Virus record (IMG/VR): IMGVR_UViG_3300045988_175328
Span: 160,001-224,000 of that record
DNA length: 64,000 nucleotides
Reading direction: 5' to 3' (one strand)
Source: a virus
Part shown: positions 60,240 through 64,000 of the stretch, piece after piece
Layout: every line of letters begins with the position of its first letter
Numbering within the stretch: the stretch's first letter is position 1
Notes under the pieces: model-generated
Databases searched by the model: none
The model's input: the letters and a program-made list of their open reading frames with translations, nothing else
What the model was told of the DNA's origin: nothing
Translations under genes and position numbers: made by a program

Positions 60240-60836
60240 ATGAATAGGAAATTTAGAGTGCCATTTAACCCTAAGAAGTTATTACGGGAGCTTCAACAAG
60301 AGCGACAACGAACTATTGAAGCAGCGCGGATTAAGATTACGATTCCTGAAGAAAAACCGAAGGTCGTCGATATTGAGCCTAAGGTTACTGTCTTTGATGA
60401 AGAAATGAAACAGACTTCTCAAGTAGCTGATGACAAGCTTAAGAAGATTAGCTGTCCAGAGCATAACGAGAAATACACTAAAGAAGAGCTTATCGAAATG
60501 TTAGTTCGCGGCAAGGAAGCTTTAGTATATATTCACAACAATTATAATAATTGGGGCGAAATCGTTAACGAATCTGATCAAGCCATTGGCGATATTAGAC
60601 ATTATGTCGAGCTTAATTATCCAGAAGATGCTGAGTCGCAACAATTAGTCTGTGAGTTAATACGAGATTATTCAAAGCGCCGCCGCATGTATAAAGACAT
60701 GCAATGCATCTTTGAATCAGTTCTCGATATCAACAAGGATATCTATGAGAAGATTAACAAAGTTAAAACAGTATCTTTTAGACAAGAATCTGGACGAGTC
60801 TATCGTCCACGAGTATTAAGCGAGCTCTTTGAATGA
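60240..60836 (+). CDS. hypothetical protein
   Basis: ORF with SD AAAGGAGG. Confidence 0.6.
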   Translation: MNRKFRVPFNPKKLLRELQQERQRTIEAARIKITIPEEKPKVVDIEPKVTVFDEEMKQTSQVADDKLKKISCPEHNEKYTKEELIEMLVRGKEALVYIHNNYNNWGEIVNESDQAIGDIRHYVELNYPEDAESQQLVCELIRDYSKRRRMYKDMQCIFESVLDINKDIYEKINKVKTVSFRQESGRVYRPRVLSELFE

Positions 60837-60840
60837 GGTG

Positions 60841-61044
60841 ATGGTTGTGAGCTTACTAAAAAGAAATGATTCTGATACTGTCGTCGATTATGTAAAAGAA
60901 GATAATCAGCGGCGCATGTGTCAGAAAGCCGGAGTTGTCTTCGGATCGGTACTTAATGTGTCGATTATCACAGGGAAAGCGTTTCTTAAGGCTGCCGGAG
61001 AAGAGCTTAAGAAACTTCCTTATGAACTATCCAAGATCCGGTAA
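60841..61044 (+). CDS. hypothetical small protein (start uncertain: TTG 60829, ATG 60841 or GTG 60847)
   Basis: ORF with the SD GAGGTG overlapping the upstream stop. Confidence 0.4.
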   Translation: MVVSLLKRNDSDTVVDYVKEDNQRRMCQKAGVVFGSVLNVSIITGKAFLKAAGEELKKLPYELSKIR

Positions 61045-61086
61045 TATTAGAGCAGTAAATTTGTTCTAATAAAGGAAATTAGTATT

Positions 61087-61416
61087 ATGTTTGAACATGC
61101 TACGATTATAAAACTCGATGGCGCGATTCAAATACGTCCGAATGATAAGACAGAAGAACTTAATCTGTATATCGAGACGCTATTTAATTTAGTTCGCCGA
61201 AAGAAAGGCGCTGCACAAGGCCCGTTCTTACAGAATAATTTAATTAAACTATTCTGGCACGGCAATGCGATTGAAGCTTATATCGGCGAAACTCATATCG
61301 AAGTTTTTAAAAATCTAATCAAACTCTATGTCGACGTCGAATCGAAAGACCATCGCCATATTGTTAACACATTTAAATCAGTGTTTGTATTCTTAAAGAA
61401 CGCACTGATTAGTTAA
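61087..61416 (+). CDS. hypothetical protein
   Basis: ORF with SD AAAGGA. Confidence 0.55.
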   Translation: MFEHATIIKLDGAIQIRPNDKTEELNLYIETLFNLVRRKKGAAQGPFLQNNLIKLFWHGNAIEAYIGETHIEVFKNLIKLYVDVESKDHRHIVNTFKSVFVFLKNALIS

Positions 61417-61421
61417 AGGTA

Positions 61422-61447
61422 AGCTCCGGGTAATACCGGGGCTTTTT
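61422..61447 (+). terminator. intrinsic terminator
   Basis: AGCTCCGG-GTAATA-CCGGGGCT followed by TTTTC. Confidence 0.65.
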
Positions 61448-61465
61448 CTATTTCTGGAGGTCTGA

Positions 61466-61579
61466 ATGCGAGAAATAAAAATTCGTTTAAATCCCACTAG
61501 AATGATTCTTTTAGACATTCTGATTGCGGTCGGATGGTTTGTCGTAGGATATTATACTGCTAAAGCGGGGTTATTATAA
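61466..61579 (+). CDS. small membrane peptide (37 aa), not in the ORF track
   Basis: SD GGAGG. Sequence MREIKIRLNPTRMILLDILIAVGWFVVGYYTAKAGLL. The stop overlaps the next ATG. Confidence 0.45.
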   Translation: MREIKIRLNPTRMILLDILIAVGWFVVGYYTAKAGLL

Positions 61580-62031
61580 TGGAACTTGTGTATCAAATAA
61601 CTACATCAGGATTATTGTTTGCCTTAGTGTTTGTTGTAGCTTATTCTATTAAAACTTTTTACGAGCTATTCCAAGAGAATACTAAATTACGCAAAATTAT
61701 TGATCGTCAGAACGCTGCCGTTAATGCTTTTTCACTCGTTAAAGCTAGAGAACGATATGAATCAATTTATGGTCCGACTAATTATACTAATATTATCCAT
61801 CTAGCATCAGAATACAAACATGGTTTTAAAATCCCAGAAGAAATGCAAGCTTTAGCTTGGCAAATTAAAACAGGATTTTTATATACGACATATGTATTTG
61901 AAGACGATGAATATAAAATTAAGATGTATTTTTTAACAGATGTCGAAGACTATAAAAATACAGATTTCTATCGTGAATATGAAGCATTAACAGCTTCTGT
62001 TGTTATCGGTAAGAACATTGAAAAAGATTAA
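61579..62031 (+). CDS. membrane-anchored hypothetical protein
   Basis: N-terminal TM helix LLFALVFVVAYSI. Confidence 0.55.
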   Translation: MELVYQITTSGLLFALVFVVAYSIKTFYELFQENTKLRKIIDRQNAAVNAFSLVKARERYESIYGPTNYTNIIHLASEYKHGFKIPEEMQALAWQIKTGFLYTTYVFEDDEYKIKMYFLTDVEDYKNTDFYREYEALTASVVIGKNIEKD

Positions 62032-62491
62032 TCTTTACTGGGTCGGTAATATTACAGTATTAAAATTCCTCGGGGAATTTGATTCGAGCAAGAAAGCACT
62101 TGCTAGTATTGATGATTATCTCGATAATTGTTTAAATAGCCGCTTTCATGCGAACAGATTGTATCGATTTATCGGTGATGAATCAGATGGAGAAATTACG
62201 ATAGATTACGGTCCATATACTTGTTTCTATCATATGTTCTTCAACGAAGATAGACCGAAACGATACTGGATCCAAGCATCTCATAATCCTCATACCGATA
62301 CATTTATTTTACGATGTATTTATCTCGATGATCAATTCAAGTATTTTTACGACGGAAATAAAAATTGTATCACTATCGAAGGTTTTAAGATATACTATGA
62401 TCGAGAGTATTCAATTAAATTTTATAATAAATTAATTAATCATCTCGAAAGGTATTATCAAAAATACTGGCCTGAATTTGCTAAAAAGTAG
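62000..62491 (+). CDS. hypothetical protein (start uncertain, no early ATG)
   Basis: Long ORF. TTG at 62000 or 62018. Confidence 0.45.
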   Translation: MLSVRTLKKINLYWVGNITVLKFLGEFDSSKKALASIDDYLDNCLNSRFHANRLYRFIGDESDGEITIDYGPYTCFYHMFFNEDRPKRYWIQASHNPHTDTFILRCIYLDDQFKYFYDGNKNCITIEGFKIYYDREYSIKFYNKLINHLERYYQKYWPEFAKK

Positions 62492-62506
62492 ATTTTAAGG
62501 TATAAT
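62478..62506 (+). promoter_or_regulatory. sigma-A-type promoter
   Basis: TTGCTA at 62478-62483, a 17-nt spacer, and TATAAT at 62501-62506. A second GTATAATCTAAT copy lies at about 62563. Confidence 0.55.
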
Positions 62507-62595
62507 CTAATTGTAACGAAATATTTAGTTTAAAGAGTATAGGCAAGCTTTTGAACTAACAGAGTATAATCTAATCCCGAAAGGAGTATTCTACT

Positions 62596-62922
62596 ATGTT
62601 TACTAAAATTGTTTCTGCATTAAGTCTTTCTGTCCTGTGCCTTCTTGGCACAGTTACTACAGCACACGCATCACAAATCATGAATGTAAGTGCTTATGTT
62701 GCGACTGGTAATCCAATGGCTAACGGCGAATATCCTTATGAAGGCGCTGTAGCCAGTGATGATTTGCCATTCGGAACGCGGCTACTTATCGCTGGACGAG
62801 AATATGTCGTTAAGGACCGTTTTGGCGGCGGTTACACCGATAGAATTGATATCTTCATGGATTCCTATGATGATGCAATTAATTTCGGACGCCAATATTT
62901 ACCTGTCGAAATTATTAGTTAG
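62596..62922 (+). CDS. secreted 3D-domain protein (cell-wall active, MltA/RlpA-like barrel)
   Basis: Signal peptide ..LLGTVTTAHA. Then VSAYVATGNPMANGEYPYEGAVASDDLPFGTRLLIAGREYVVKDRFGGGYTDRIDIFMDS, which fits the 3D-domain pattern with its conserved Asp residues. Confidence 0.65.
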   Translation: MFTKIVSALSLSVLCLLGTVTTAHASQIMNVSAYVATGNPMANGEYPYEGAVASDDLPFGTRLLIAGREYVVKDRFGGGYTDRIDIFMDSYDDAINFGRQYLPVEIIS

Positions 62923-62945
62923 AATAAAGGAGGCCTGAGATCCAA

Positions 62946-63365
62946 TTGGATCACCTCGAGGATTTTAAAACAAAATTATCATTTGGCTCGCTAATATTAG
63001 CAGTCATATCTCCATTAACAGTATTCGGACATATCGATTACTTAATTGGATTTGCAATTGTGGCTTCATTAATGCTACCATTGTTTTTAATAGTAGCTTT
63101 TATGCTAACACTATTAATCTATATCGTTCTTCGGAAACAAGATATTGATCCTGAGAAGAAACGATATGTGCTTTACAAGCCAGTTATCCTGGCTATTGTT
63201 TCAGGAATAGGTTTAATCGTTAATTTTATAATGGCACTACGAATTTACGAGCCAGCAATCGATATTTATATCATGATGGCGATTGTCGTATATTCTATCT
63301 GCTTTAATATTGTTAATAGTATTAGCCTATTTCGATCTATTGTTAAAGTCTCGTTTAGAGAATAA
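62946..63365 (+). CDS. integral membrane protein (about 4 TM helices)
   Basis: TTG start with several hydrophobic segments. Confidence 0.5.
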   Translation: MDHLEDFKTKLSFGSLILAVISPLTVFGHIDYLIGFAIVASLMLPLFLIVAFMLTLLIYIVLRKQDIDPEKKRYVLYKPVILAIVSGIGLIVNFIMALRIYEPAIDIYIMMAIVVYSICFNIVNSISLFRSIVKVSFRE

Positions 63366-63370
63366 TTAAA

Positions 63371-63745
63371 ATGGATTACGACATATACTTTAAGAGGCCG
63401 ACTTCATCTAAAAAAGAGATGAGAGTTTCAGTGCCTCATACGTTACAGGAACCAAAGTTTTCCGATAAATGGAAAGCTTTTTGTGAGGGCCGCAAACTAG
63501 AATTTTTAAATTATCTTGAACTCGAAGAATTGTATCGTTACGTTACATTCCATGGAGTAAGAATTACACTTATCGGGCTCGATATACTACTTCTTGATCA
63601 CAAGAAATTTACGTTAATCGATGCCTACAAATTCCTATCAGAATATTTTAAGATTGATGAGTATCAGCCCGGTAAGATTTACGAAGATGATTACATTAAA
63701 AACGATAGTTGCGGAAAGGGGTGCAATCGATGCAAACCGATGTGA
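63371..63745 (+). CDS. hypothetical protein with a C-terminal Cys cluster (CGKGCNRC)
   Basis: ORF. Confidence 0.5.
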   Translation: MDYDIYFKRPTSSKKEMRVSVPHTLQEPKFSDKWKAFCEGRKLEFLNYLELEELYRYVTFHGVRITLIGLDILLLDHKKFTLIDAYKFLSEYFKIDEYQPGKIYEDDYIKNDSCGKGCNRCKPM

Positions 63746-64000
63746 TGTACAACAACATACTCACAACTCACAACATCATCGTTAAGCTGAATAATTCAGG
63801 TTATGATTACGATGAAAAAACAATCGATCTCTTAAAAGAGATTATCCTTCTTCATGTGATGAGTTATACTAGTTATAGTATTATTAACAGAGATAGCCCA
63901 CTTGAAGAAGAATCGAGTAGTTTGATTGCTACGATGAAACAGATTATCGATAAGGAGTATAATAAACCCGTGTTCGATAAAGATATGTTAGATCGTATTA
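63730..64000 (+). CDS. hypothetical protein, 5' part (runs off the window)
   Basis: The frame is open from the ATG at 63730 to the window end (MQTDVMYNNILTTHNIIVKLNNSGYDYDEK..) and overlaps the upstream gene end. Confidence 0.45.
   Translation, partial: MQTDVMYNNILTTHNIIVKLNNSGYDYDEKTIDLLKEIILLHVMSYTSYSIINRDSPLEEESSSLIATMKQIIDKEYNKPVFDKDMLDRI

Overview
The window reads as an AT-rich, almost entirely plus-strand segment of a large tailed phage or prophage of a Firmicutes-type host, judged from AGGAGG-type Shine-Dalgarno (SD) sites, ATGA-coupled genes and hairpin plus T-run terminators. The gene content resembles SPbeta-like phages, which from memory also encode a PolIII-alpha-like polymerase, an HU-like protein and the YonO RNA polymerase (RNAP). 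In order the window contains: (1) The 3' end of a DnaE-type DNA polymerase gene split by two group I introns (1-1566). (2) About 18 kb of tail-fibre or baseplate-like genes (1672-19890), including a tandem paralog array, two giant repeat-rich fibres, two tail-collar fibres and an amidase. (3) A 1600-aa protein (20595-25397) carrying, in the correct order, the signature motifs of RdRP (RNA-dependent RNA polymerase)/YonO-type two-barrel RNA polymerases, including DFDGD. (4) A visibly GC-richer block of small genes (25.5-32.1 kb) whose intergenic regions hold several repeated plus-strand motif families: an AAATCCTC hairpin, a 22-nt CCTGAG..TAAACTG box, and GC-clamp hairpins abutting the SD. (5) A 2.3-kb ORF-free region (32.14-34.5 kb) made of three different repeat arrays: GCGAAGC mini-hairpins, promoter-like hairpin units, and a GTAC-rich iteron-like array. 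(6) About 12 kb of roughly 30 extremely AT-rich paralogous small genes (34.5-47 kb). (7) An IStron-like element (47631-49449), meaning a group I intron carrying a TnpB gene, that splits a small gene; I can derive in-frame splice junctions for it. (8) A minus-strand HU gene. (9) More small genes, including toxin-antitoxin (TA) or defence-like components: an MqsA-like protein, a Panacea/DUF4065 protein, and an XRE-HTH protein coupled to a short DUF262 protein. (10) A roughly 1.27-kb ORF-free, hairpin-rich transcription unit bounded by a promoter and a terminator (57.68-58.95 kb). (11) Further small genes, including a secreted 3D-domain protein. No rRNA, tRNA or CRISPR array was recognised. All homology statements come from motif recognition by eye, and no searches were run.
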